Part shown: positions 26,813 through 38,391 of the stretch, piece after piece
Layout of the letters: every line of letters begins with the position of its first letter
How positions within the stretch are numbered: the first letter of the stretch is position 1
DNA from: Carcharhinus amblyrhynchos
Taxonomy: Eukaryota
Direction: 5' to 3'
NCBI GenBank assembly: GCA_965287045.1
Contig: OZ336878.1
Location: forward strand, 15,748,001-15,812,000
Length of the DNA stretch: 64,000 bases
The notes under the pieces: generated by a model
Told to the model about the DNA's origin: nothing
Seen by the model: the letters and a program-made list of their open reading frames with translations, nothing else
Database searches by the model: none
Program-made: the position numbers and the translations under genes

Positions 26813-26898
26813 GTAACTATTAAACCTTTAATATCGATGGTGTGATATTCTGTCATTTCACTTTTGGTTTTCTTGAACCATTTCTTCCCTCCCCAAAG

Positions 26899-27106
26899 CG
26901 CAACCACCTGAATTACAAGATGTGTCAACCAGCGTGGAATGTTATTCCTCCAGTGCAGTCATTGCCGGGTAGTAAAGTACCACCATCACAACAGATGCAT
27001 AATCAACCTATTTTGTTCAGTAATCACCAAAGAAAGATGCAGAATTCTGAGCCTTGCCAGTTTGGGCCATTAAAGGAACCAGCACGGATTATTATTTCAC
27101 CTCCAG
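26899..27106 (+). CDS. BRDT: BRDT Pro/Gln-rich low-complexity exon
   Basis: 86-nt preceding intron with pyrimidine tract + AAG; RNHLNYKMCQPAWNVIPPVQ...IIISPP; CAG|GTAAT donor; phase 0/1. Confidence 0.72.
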
Positions 27107-27199
27107 GTAATGATCACACTTGATTAAAACAGTTTGAGCTCAATCGCTGTATGATTTGACGTTTAAATAGGATGTCCTTGAAATTCATGTATTTTGAAG

Positions 27200-28175
27200 C
27201 ATAGAAACATTATAGAGTCAGAGGTTTACAGCATAGAAGCAAGCCCTTTGGCCCAACTTGTCCATGCTGCCTATTTTTTACCACTAGGCTAGTCCCAATT
27301 GACCCTCTTTGGCCCATATCCCTCTTTACCCGTGTAACTAGCTGGATGTTTTTTAAGAGACAAAATTGTACTTCCCTCTACTACTACCTCTGGCAGCTTG
27401 TTTCAGACACTCACCACCTTCTGTGAAAAAAGTGCCTCTCCTGGACCCTTTTGTACCCCTCCCCCTCTGGACCCTTTTGTATCCCTCCCCCCTCACCTTC
27501 AACCTATGCCTTCTGGTTTTAGACTGCCCTACTTTTGGGAAAACTTGTTCACTATCTAGTTGATCTATGCCCCTTATTATTTTATAGACCTCTGTAAGAT
27601 CACCCTTAAGTCTCCTACACTCCAGGTAAAAGTCCCAGTCTATCCATCCTCTCCTTATAACTCAATCCAACAAGTCCTGGTGGCATCCTAGTAAATCTTT
27701 TCTGCACTTTTTCTAGTTTAATAATGTCCTTTCTATAATATGGTGACCAGAACTGTACACAGTATTCAAGTGTGGCCTTAACAATGTCTTGTACAACTTC
27801 AACGAGACGTCCAACTCCTGTATTCAATGTTCTGACCAATGAAACCAACAATGCTGAATATTACTTTCACCCTGCCCACCTGTGACTCCACTTTGAAGGA
27901 GCCATGAATCTGTACCCCTCGATCTTTGTTCTGTAACTCTCCCCAGCGCCCTCCCATTAACTGAGTAAGTCCTGCCCTGGTTCAATCTGCCAAAATGGAT
28001 CACCTTGCAGTTATCTAAATTAAACTCCATCTGTCATTCATCGGCCCATTGACCCAATTGATCAAGATCCCGTAGCAATCCTAGATAACTGCCTTCACTG
28101 TCCACTATGCCAGCAATCTTGGTGTCATCTGCAAATGTACTAACTATGCCTCCTAAATTCTCATTCAAATCATTA
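27200..28175 (-). mobile_element. CR1 (HER1-like) LINE 3' part
   Basis: Minus-strand ORF pieces LEYCVQFWSPYYRKDIIKLEKVQKRF and EFNLDNCKVIHFGR; internal ~26-bp tandem duplication near 27440-27495. Confidence 0.88.
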
Positions 28176-29589
28176 TTGCCTGTCAGGTTTGCAAAACATA
28201 AACAAATGCAATTAAAGTGGTCTGAGAGCTAAGAATTTTAGTGCATGCGTAACCCTCTTTTTAATTTGCGAATGGTTAATGTTTAAACACAACCAGGAGC
28301 ATAGATTTAATCTTAAACTGATGAAAGATTGGATTATTACAAAAACACTTCTATAAGTTACCCAAGTAAAAGCAATAAAGTTATGAGATAAATACAGAGA
28401 TTAAGTGTAAATGAAAATAGAAGATATTTACAGATGAGATTCGGTTCGGCCCTTTAAAGTATCACTGGGGGCCTGTAGCTGCCAGGTAATTGTTGGCTGC
28501 CTGGAGTGAAAGCTGGAGAGCTGTTTTCATCAGCTGCAATGGCTTCTATGGTTGAATATTTGGAGGTTTGCCTTTGCAGACTCAGTAGGTCAGCAAGGTT
28601 TTGGATGAGAGAGACAGTTTCCTATTACTCTGTGACAATGACATTTGCAGATTGCCTAGACTGTTTCAGCAGAACAATTACTCATTTCTTAACACCTTCC
28701 TCTCTTGGCCAAGAAACCCCTCTGTTGCTGCCTGTTGGAGTTCCTACTTGAGGTTCCGCAACCTGCCATCCAAGATGGCATCTTACAGCCGCCTTTATCT
28801 AGTTCAAAACAACCAAAATGGCTGATATGTTAATTTTCAATTAGTCATTGATTCCAGCAAGGAATTAATTACATCAAAGTCCTTTTTTGAAGTCCCTTCC
28901 TATCACATGTTCCCTTGGAAGCCAAAGGATTTTCATACCTTTTTAAAAGATTAAATTGAGTCTTTAGATTTTAACAACTCTTCATAGTCAACACTAGAGA
29001 TGAGAGTCTGACCTGATGTGAGCTAGGTTCTAGCACAGGTGCTAGGTTGTATGTCCATAGGTTTGAAAATGGACATGTACCTTTTTTAAAAATAAAGTCC
29101 TTAAAATCTGTAATACCTTAGTTACACATTTGTGATGTGACTTTGTTACAACAAAAGTGTTGATAATTCCAAATTTCAGAAGCCATGTTTGAAGCACTCA
29201 AGTACCAAAATTATGCATTTCTTCAACAATGGTAAAGCTCACGTAACTTATTTCTTAACATTAAAGGAGATGATGTTGCACAGTTTATTTGCATTTAGCA
29301 CAGATTCATTTTAGCGGAGAAGTAGTTTGAAGACTATTGCCACCCATGCACAATTCCATCTGTTAATGGTTCCATTATTCCTGGTGTCCTGTCAAGCTTG
29401 CTATCTTGAGTATTGTACAGACCATGAAAGTATCCTTAGTTTTTTCAAACTTGTCCTGTTCACAGACTTAAGAGCCTTGGTTTATTCTGACTTGTGGGGT
29501 TGCAATTAGTGGATGCTGGTGCAATCCAATGACTTTTGCAGCTTTTCTTTTCTCCAGTGCCATCCTCCAAATTAATCACAGTCCCTTTA

Positions 29590-29930
29590 TAGAACCCTCC
29601 AGTGCAGAAAGAGGCCCTTTGGCCCATCGAGTCTGCACCAGCTCCTATCCCATCCAGGTCCTACCCCCCATATCCCGATATATTTTTACCCACTAATCCC
29701 TCCAATGTAAGCATCTCAGGACCCTAAGGGCCAATATTAGCATGGCCAATCAACCTAACCCCCCAACATCTTTGGACTGTGGGAGGAAACCGGAGCATTC
29801 GGAGGAAACCCACGCAGACACGAGGAGAACATGCAAACTCCACATAGACAGTGACCCAAGCCGGGAATCGAACCCAGGTCCCTGGAGCTGTGAAGCAGCA
29901 GTGCTAACCACTGTGTTACCGTGCCGTCCC
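29590..29930 (-). mobile_element. HE1-type V-SINE, full length
   Basis: Head GGGACGGCACGGTAACACAGTGGTTAGC, core and tail on the minus strand. Confidence 0.88.
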
Positions 29931-30127
29931 ATCACCAGGGTATCATGTAGCATCATATTCTGTCATCTTCACAGGACTTGTCATGTAGAATTTTGTTTCT
30001 GTTGTGCGTCTGTATAGTATATCGCAGCTTTTTCAATCTAGTGGCAATTTCTAATAAGAATTGCAGATGAATAACCGTTCCTGATTTTGGAACAGTAACC
30101 TTCAGCTATGGTACAGCCCATACATAA

Positions 30128-30342
30128 CCATAGAATCGCTACTGTGCAGAAAGAGGCCGGAGTCTGCACTGACGCTCAACATCCCACTCAAGCCCTACGG
30201 TCCACCTGTAACCCCATGCATTTACCACAGCTAATGCACCTAACCTACACACCTTTGGACTGTAGGAGGAAACTGGAGTACCCAGAACAAACCCATGCAG
30301 ACACTGGGAGAAGATGCTAATCACTGTGTCACCATGCAGCCC
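30128..30342 (-). mobile_element. HE1-type V-SINE with internal deletion
   Basis: Tail, core and extreme head present; B-box region missing. Confidence 0.72.
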
Positions 30343-30760
30343 ATTTAAGAATATTATTTTATATTTATGGCTTCTTTTACTTAGACTTGCAGTCTTGCAT
30401 TTTCCAAAAAAATTGCCTGTATAGCTTTAATCTTCAAGTAGCAATTTGCAGCCTGACTGTTTTAGGTGCTTATTTCTTAAAAGGTCATGTATGTTTTTCC
30501 CATATGTCAAATTAGTAATTTCTTTCACGGGATGGGTGTCACTGGTAAGGCCAGTATTTATTGCCCATCCCTAATAGCCCTTGCAAATGTTGTGGTGAGC
30601 CAGTAGTCCAGCTGGTGTAGGCATTCCTGCAGTGTCATTAAGAAGGAATATCTTTAGAATGAAGCATCTATTTTTAACAGCAATTGCAAATGGACATTTT
30701 TTTCCAACTGTAAATACAATGAATTGTAAATACAATTAACTGTAATGGTGCATTTGCTAG

Positions 30761-30804
30761 TGTTACTTGGGGGAAAGACACCAACGCAAATGAAGGAAGG
30801 AAAA
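30761..30804 (+). CDS. BRDT: Candidate BRDT microexon (VLLGGKTPTQMKEGK)
   Basis: tttgctag acceptor, GTAACT donor; phase 1/0 is what is needed to join 27106 to 31126. No homology support; a rival candidate lies at 30681-30709. Confidence 0.4.
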
Positions 30805-31125
30805 GTAACTATATAAAAATCTGTTCTGCTCACTTGATATTGTTGAATATTTAAGTTATCTATAATCAAGAATGCTGTGTCCAATGTTAACCTTTCTGTT
30901 GAGCTTTCAAAAGGAAACCTACCAGACATGTCTGAATTAACACTTGGTTTCTTGTTTTGAAGGGCTTCCTGCAGTTGTGTCCCCATTGCATTCACCACCT
31001 CTGTCGAAACTTAAATTTCTGTCAGCCATCCACGTAAAGTAAAATCTATTCTGATTTTTAAAAAAACATAATTTGGACCAGTCTAAATCTTAAAGGAAAA
31101 TAGTTTACTGAATGTTATTTCCTAG

Positions 31126-31237
31126 GAACCAAAGTCTCCACATAATGTAGAAGAAGAATGTAATAGCATCCCAATTAAACAAACCAAGGCACCTCTTGAA
31201 ACATGCAGTGACCCAATGCCTGTCACGCTGCAACAAA
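31126..31237 (+). CDS. BRDT: Candidate BRDT exon (EPKSPHNVEEECNSIPIKQ...TLQQ)
   Basis: ttatttcctag acceptor, consensus GTAAGT donor; open frame in phase 0/1, joining the exon at 35737; not in an obvious repeat. Confidence 0.62.
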
Positions 31238-31454
31238 GTAAGTCTACAGCATTCTAATTTAGAATTTTTAAATGTATATTTGAGCTCATCCACTCCATGA
31301 AATCTAAATATGGAAGGTTGGTCAGGAAACACTATTAAATTGTGGGGAGATCAGTGGCCGGATCTGGGCCAACCTACTGGCCCGGCCAGCATAGATCTGC
31401 ATTCGCAACATAACAAAAATTGTGCATTTAGTGGGATTCAGCCCTTTGTATTTC

Positions 31455-34012
31455 TCTAACAGAACCATCTTAGACTGAATGGTGTGCAATGAGAAAGGAT
31501 TAGTCAGCAATCTAGTTGTGAGAAAACCCTTGGGGAACGAGTGACCATAATATGTTAGAATTCTTCGTCAAGGTTGGATAGTGATGTAGTTGATTCTGAG
31601 ACCAGGGTCCTGAATCTCAATAAAGGTAACAATGATGGTATGAGGTGTGAATTGGCCATGGTGGACTGGGAAACATTACTGAAAGAAAGACAGTGGACAG
31701 GTAATGGCAGGCATTTAAAAGAACAAATAGGTGAACTCCAGAAGTTGTTTATTCCTGTTTGGAGCAAGAGTGATCAGGGAATTGTGGCTTACAAGGGAAA
31801 TTAGGGATAGTATCAGATTCTAGAAAGAAGCATGCAAATTGGCCAGAAAAAGGAAAAGGCCTGAGGATTGGGAGCAGCTTAAAATTCAGCAAAGGAGGAC
31901 CAAAGGATTGATTAAGAATGGAAAAATGAAGTATGAAAGTAAGCTAGTGGGGAACATCAAAACTGAAGCTGTTTCTATGAATGTGTAAAGAGAAAAAGAT
32001 TGACAAAATGACTGTAGACCCTCTACAGTCAGAAACAGGAGAACTTATAACAGGGAATAAAGAAATGGCTTTGTTTCAGTCTTCACAAAGGAAGACATGA
32101 ATAATGTACTAGAAGTTCAGCAAGACATGTTTTAGTGAGGAGCTGAAGGAAATCAGCATTAGTAGAGAAATGGTTTTGGGAAGGTTGGTACTGGGGAATT
32201 GCTGGAGCCTACTAACAAGAATTTCATAACTCAGCATTTGGAAGGCAGTGGTATAATCAGACAAAGTCAGCATGGATTTACAAAAAGGAAATCATGCTTG
32301 ATGAATCCATTGGAATTCTTTGTGGATGTAACTAGTAGAGTTGACCAAGGAGAACCAGTGGATGGGGTTTATTTGTTCTTTCAGAAGGCTTTCAACAAGG
32401 TCTCGCATAGCAGACTACTGTGTGAAGTTAAAGCACGTGGGATTGCAGGTGATGTTTTGAGATGGATAGAAAGCTGGCTAGCAGATGAGCAATGAGTTGG
32501 CATAAATTGGTCTTTTTCTAATTAGCAGTCAGTGAGTAGTAAAGTTCCACAGGAATATGTGCTAGGACCCCAACAGTTCACATTATACATTAATGATTTG
32601 GAAGAGGGAATCTCCAAATCTGCAGATGATACAAAGTTTGGTGGGAGGGTGAGCTGTGAGGAGGATGCAGAGATGTTTCACTGTGATTTGGACAGGCTGA
32701 GTGTTTGGGCATCTGCACGGCAGATGCAATATAATGTGAATAAATGTGAGGTTATCCACTTTGGTAGCAATAATAGGAAGACAGATTACTATTTGACTGC
32801 GTGTAAATTGAGGGAGTGGATACTCAATGAGATTTTGGAGCCCTCGTGTATCAGTCGCTGAAAGTAACCGCGCAGGTACAGCAGGCAGTAAAAAAGTAAA
32901 TGGTATGTTGGCCTTCATAGTGAGAGGATTAGAGGATAGGGATGTTTTAATGCAATTGTATAGGATATTGGGAAGGCCACATCTTTTTGGTGTCCCTATC
33001 TAAGGAAGGGTGTCCTTGCTATAGAGGAAATACACTGAACTTTTACCAGGCTGATTCTTTGGATGGCAAATCTATCACATCAGGGTTAGACAGGGTAGAT
33101 TCAGAAAGAATGTTCTCAATAGTGGAGGGGGTCATCGTTTGAGGATAAGGGGGTAAATCCTTTAGAATGGAGGTGACCACAAGACATGAGCAGAATTAGA
33201 CCACTCAGCCCATCAAGTCTGCTCTGCCATTCAATCATGGCTGATGTTTTTCTCATTCCCATTCTCTTGCCTTTTCCCAAAACCCCTGATCCCCATATTA
33301 ATCAATAACCTATTTATCTCTGTCTTAAAGACACTCAGTGATCTGGCTTCCATAGCCTTCTGTGGCAAAGAGTTCCATAGATTCGCCACTCTCTGGCTGA
33401 AGAAGTTCCTCCTCATCTCTGTTTTAAAGGATCATCCCTTCAGCCTGAGGTTGTGCCCTCTGGTTTCTAGTTTTACCTAGTAGTGGAAACATCCTCTCCA
33501 TGTCCACGCTATCGAGCCACCTCAGTATCCTGTAAGTTTCCATAAGATCCCCCCTCATCCTTCTAAACTCCAGTGAGTCCAGACCCAGAGTCTTCAACCG
33601 TTCCTCATATGACGAGCTCTTCATTCCAGGGATCATTCTTGTGAACCTCCTCTGGACCCTTTCCAAGGCCAGCATATCCATCCTTAGATACGGGGCCCAA
33701 AACTGCTCACAAAACTCCAAATGGGACCAGAGCCTTATACAGCCTCAGAAGTTCATTCCTGCTCTTGTAGGTGAGGGGAAATTTCTTCACCCAGAGCATG
33801 GTGAATGTGTGGAATTCACTACTATGTAATATAGTTGAGGCCAAAATATTGTCTGATTTCTAGAAGAAATTAGATAAAGCTCTTGGGGCTGAAGCAATAT
33901 GGGAGGAAAGGGGGAATCAGGATATTGAATTCGATGATCAGCCGTGATCAAAATGAATGGTGGAGAAAGCTTGAAGGGCCAAATGGCCGCCTCCTGCTTC
34001 TAGTTTCTATGA
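31455..34012 (+). mobile_element. Degenerate CR1 LINE (endonuclease end to 3' UTR)
   Basis: SQHGFTKRKSCLMNPLEFF, FQKAFNKVSH, KSADDTKFGG; interrupted at 33177-33768. Confidence 0.85.
33177..33768 (-). mobile_element. CR1 3' fragment nested in reverse orientation
   Basis: Same family as 7270-7840; flanked by the direct repeat AGGTGA (33171-33176, 33769-33774). Confidence 0.87.
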
Positions 34013-34139
34013 ATCTAGAACGATTATCCAGAGTTTATCTTGCACAAATGCAAGTCAGGCATTGGGATTTAGAAACGGATTGAAATTTTGATAGAAAATT
34101 GTAAAATGCATACTAGAGTTCAATTTGCCTTTTTGAAAA

Positions 34140-34480
34140 TCATAGAACCCCACAGTGTAGAAGAGGCCCTTCGGCCCATCGAGTCTGCACCGAACACAAT
34201 CCCGCCCACGCCCTACCCCCATATCCCTACATGTTTTACCCACTAATCTCTCTAACCTACGCATCCCTGGACACTAAGGGGCAATTTCTTAGCATGGCCA
34301 ATCAACCTAAACCACACATCTTTGGACTGTGGGAGGAAACCGGAGCACACGGAGGAAAACCCGTGCAGACGTGAGGAGAATGTGCAAACTCCACACAGAC
34401 AGTGACCCAAGCCGGGAATTGAACGCAGGTCCCTGGAGCTGTGAAGCAGTAGTGCTAACCACTGTGCTACCGTGCTGCCC
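34140..34480 (-). mobile_element. HE1-type V-SINE, full length
   Basis: GGGCAGCACGGTAGCACAGTGGTTAGC head through the tail. Confidence 0.9.
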
Positions 34481-34753
34481 AAAGCTGCTGATGTGTGAAA
34501 GTTTTCATGGTGCCAGTGGATTCAGATGAGCTGTTTTTGTCTGGTGGAACATGGCAGTGCAAAAATGGCATTTAAAGTCATTTCGCACACTTTAGAAATC
34601 CTTCTCCTACTTTAAGAAATTGCCTTTGGAATGCTGCTGTTGGGCCAGTTCGAGAAGTGCCACCCAGTGTTGAACTGCAGTACTGTTTGTCTTTACATGA
34701 TGTCATATCACACTGTTAATGTCTTGGCTTAATTCAAAGAATGACTTCAAAGT

Positions 34754-35054
34754 TTTGTTTTTGTTTTTATTCCAATTCAATCCAATCAAGTCCAATTCAG
34801 AGTCCCAACAAGTTGAGACATTCCCGATCCAAGCTGACAAGATAACGCTCTGTTTTGGGCTTGATCTTCGTGATCCAAGCTGATTGGAGTAGGCATAGCT
34901 CCTCCTCCAAGGCTTCATCTCATTTGCATCTTATCCAAAAGGCAGAGATGCCGCTTTAAAAAATTGCTTCAAATGAAGCTGAAATGTAACCTAATGACTC
35001 CAACCAAGTGCAGCACGTCAATACTGCACTTGATCTTAGCCAAAAGGCTGAGAA
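34754..35054 (-). mobile_element. U2 snRNA-headed retroposed element (SINEU/Keno 5' UTR-like)
   Basis: Minus strand starts TTCTCAGCCTTTTGGCTAAGATCAAGTGCAGTAT (U2 nt ~6-39, 2 mismatches) and ends AATAAAAACAAAAACAAAA; 16-bp direct repeat AGAATGACTTCAAAGT at 34738-34753 and 35051-35066. Confidence 0.85.
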
Positions 35055-35736
35055 TGACTTCAAAGTAACGCAAAGTTTTATATAGGTGCCTCCTCCCCAC
35101 CGCTTGAACTTTCATTCTAATACTGCTCATCCTGCTGTAAAAGCTCCTAAGGTTACACTGTGTTTGCTAAGTTCATAATTACTTGTAAACACCCACATAC
35201 GCCAAGAGAAGCTGATGTTTTATCTATATGGTGTCAGATTTCTCCATAATTAATTTCTTGTTGTAAAATATATTTTTTCAAAAGGTGATCTTTGTCTTAT
35301 TCTAGTTTCTATGTTAATCCAATTCTTTTGAATCCAATCCTATCAGAAAATGTAAATTTTAAAGTGAAGAATATTAAGTATTTTCAACTTCCTACTTTGT
35401 TGTGTATGAGTACTCCAGGGTGTTGGCTGCTTGCTTGTTTATTGACATCACTGTAGCTGTATGTCAACTCATTCCCTGACTTGGTGACAGACTAGACTGC
35501 CATTAAGAAAGGGAGGAAGCATGCCACGGACATTGCCAGATTGGCAGCCGCCTTCTGGCCCATAGGCAAATGCATCACTTCAAAATCTTATGCGTCGGTG
35601 CAGACCCAATGGGTCGAAAGGCCTCTTCTGCACTGTATGATTCTGTGTAAATGTCCACTAAATCCTTATATTCTGTGTATTGCATATTTTGTTCCAATGG
35701 TATTGCTAATAGTTAAAACCATTCTAAACATTGCAG

Positions 35737-35825
35737 ATGTGGAAGTCGCTCAGACTGATGAAATGAAAGCAAGTGGTGACAATAAACCAGCCCCAGAGGC
35801 TAAAGCGACACCTGGTCCAAAGAAG
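35737..35825 (+). CDS. BRDT: BRDT exon (VEVAQTDEMKASGDNKPAPEAKATPGPKK)
   Basis: ttgcag acceptor, AAG|GTGAGA donor; phase 1/0; ends in PKK, as the BRD4/BRDT exon before the KNxxSW motif does. Confidence 0.85.
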
Positions 35826-37356
35826 GTGAGATTTTTCATTTCTCGACTTACTATCTGTAACAAAAATGTTGTTAATTTTTCCCCTTCAAGTATGAAATTA
35901 TAACTTCTCTTGGTATGCAGGCATTTTCTGTAGCGTAAAACTAAAATGCTTCTCTGACAAGTTTGTAAACAATAGCCTTTTGACGAAGAACTTGAAGTTC
36001 TTTCAAAGAAGCCTTCTTTATAAAGCCAGTGAGATGGTTGCACTAAGATCCATGAGCAGAGGGGGCCAATATTTAAAACTGAAAACAATAGACAAAAACT
36101 ATATCTGACAAAGGTTCAAGTTCTGTCTTTTGTGTGTTAAGCTCCATTCAGTCATGAAAAAGCTCCCTCAAAATCGATTTTCCACAGTCATCAGCTCTGC
36201 AGAAATTGTCATTTGAGTTGAGGATTGCTATTGGTGTGGAAACCAGACAAACTAGGGTCAGATGTTCCATTCTTTAAATGATTTAATTTAAGGAGTTTGC
36301 TAAGGCAATAGAGATGATACCAGGAGATATTAATTATGCAGAGAAGGTATAAAACCTTGCATGTCTTTGCTACAACATTACGGGTTGCAGTGATCTAAAA
36401 CAGATGTTCAACCTTCTCCAAATCTCTCATAATTTAAGTTGTGTGAAAGCAATTTCTGCTAGTCAGTTAGCAACTAGATGAGGGCCATACATTTAGAACA
36501 AGTAGCAAATGAACAAAAGGTGCAGTTAAGAGATTTTAATGTATTGTGTTCTTGTGCAAAAGTATTTTGCATCAAAATCCGGGATAATTTCAGCTCTGCA
36601 ATTGTGTACTTCCATCAAGTGCTGAGAGTTTTGTTCTCCGTAAGAGGTTGTCCACCTACACGGTTATTTTTAAAAACCTAGTTTTGCCTATGCTAAGGGA
36701 TTTGGACTCTGTGCACTGCACGTAAACATTTTTCTGCTTTTAGTCATCTTTATTTGATCCACTTTAATGATCTGTTTTTTTTTAAACTTCTCTTTGTCCC
36801 CAGACAATAATCTCCTATAAAGTTTTGGTTCTGATCGCATGTCCAGCCATTTGAGACATGAACTTGCAGGATTAGTTGAAGCCAAATGTTAAGAATCCCA
36901 AACCCCTGTGCAATGAATCAAGCTGACTGAATAATTGATAGTAACCTGCAAAATGCAGCACTTCCTAACTCGCTTGTTGGATTGCCAAGTTGACTTCCAG
37001 ATCAGCATTAATATCCTAGGCAACCACGAATATTTAAAGCCACCTTCTGACTCCCACCTTATTTGGAACAAATGAGCTCTTTATGCTCTCAGGCTCGTTT
37101 ACTGTGGCCACTTACTTTATTCCCATCAGAATGGGCAGCTTCCATGTCCAAAATGTTGTAACTAAAATAACAAATAATTCTTAAATAGAAAAAGAACTGT
37201 GCAACCTGATAAATTGAACTTTTAACTTTGAGCATCCACACCAAGCTTTTATCACGTAAATATGTGTTTGAATAAATTTGAAATATTTTGAACCACTCAC
37301 CCCTCATCATCAACTCCTAAATTTAGTTCCAGTAATCCTACGACAAAATACATATT

Positions 37357-37535
37357 TGGATGGACTTACCTTGCATTAAGTTGATCTTTCTCTACATCCT
37401 AGCTATGACTGTAACACTACCTTCTGCACTCTCTTGTTCCCTTCTCTATGAACGGTATCTTTTGTCTGTATAGCACGTAAGAAACAATACTTTCACTATA
37501 TGTTAATACATGTGACAATAATAAATCAAATCAAA
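37357..37535 (+). mobile_element. Rex/Babar-like LINE 3' UTR
   Basis: Matches 1-217, with AATAAATCAAATCAAA tail. Confidence 0.75.
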
Positions 37536-37619
37536 CGTTAAATAAGAATTTTCCAAGGGCAAGACTGTGTCCTCCCCCTTTTCCAAAGCCCAGATATTTG
37601 TTCTTAAGCTCTTCACTAT

Positions 37620-37895
37620 CGCAGTGGTTAGTAGTGTTGCCCCCTCAGCACTAGAGACCTGGGTTCAATTCCCAGCTTGCGTTACTGTCTGTATGGAGTC
37701 TGCATGTTCTCCTGTGTCTGCTCCCACGGTTTTCTGTTTCCTCCCACAGTCCAAAAGGCAAGCTGGTCAGGCGCATTGGCCATGCTAAATTCTCCCTCAA
37801 TGTACCCGATCTGGCACCGGAGTGTGGCGACTAGGAGATTTTCACAGTACCTTCATTGCAGTGTTAATGTTAGCCTACTTGTGACAATAAATAAA
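37620..37895 (+). mobile_element. V-SINE family 2
   Basis: Head/core plus CCTACTTGTGACAATAAATAAA tail. Confidence 0.8.
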
Positions 37896-38170
37896 GTAAA
37901 CTCTTTCGTGACTCCCTATATTCTGCGATTTACGCCCCCCCTGCCCACGCTCCTGTACAGTAAAAATGAAATCTGACATTATTAAAGACAAATTCTTGTT
38001 ATTCTTGATCCAAAAAATGTCAATGTAACTATTGAATTCTGATTGACATGATTTAATTAGCATGCTGAAAATATCAAAATAAGACAATTTGTGTCAAAGC
38101 CAGTTGCTGTAAAGTTTTTTCTTTTATTGACCTGAAATTTCATAAGCTGCTTTAATTTTTGATATATTAG

Positions 38171-38391
38171 GAAATTGAGGTCAAGAATGCAAATTCTTGG
38201 GCAAGTTTGGGCAAAATGATGACGGTAACTCCAGTAATAAAATGTTCTACTGAGACCTTCAAGTTGTTCAGAAAAGCAGCAGTCGAGAAAGAACAAAGGG
38301 AAAAAGCTTTAAAAGCTCAGGAAGAATTGAAAAGATGCCACCTTGAGCAAGCTGAGAGCGATCAAAAGAAAATGGCATCAGAGCAGCAAAG
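38171..38391 (+). CDS. BRDT: BRDT exon: EIEVKNANSWASLGK...FRKAAVEKE
   Basis: KNxxSW and FRKAAxEKE motifs specific to BRD4/BRDT; AG|GTAAC donor; phase 0/2. Confidence 0.93.

Noticed and set aside
28181-29150. Possible further solo LTR (TGTCAGG...TGTTACA)
   Set aside because: No matching TSD found and boundaries are uncertain.
29558-29592. Acceptor-like site ttttcttttctccag as the missing BRDT exon
   Set aside because: The required phase hits TAG within 12 codons and runs into a SINE.
35021-35054. Functional U2 snRNA gene
   Set aside because: Only ~34 of ~190 nt are present; no Sm site or 3' stem-loops; it sits in an insert flanked by a TSD.
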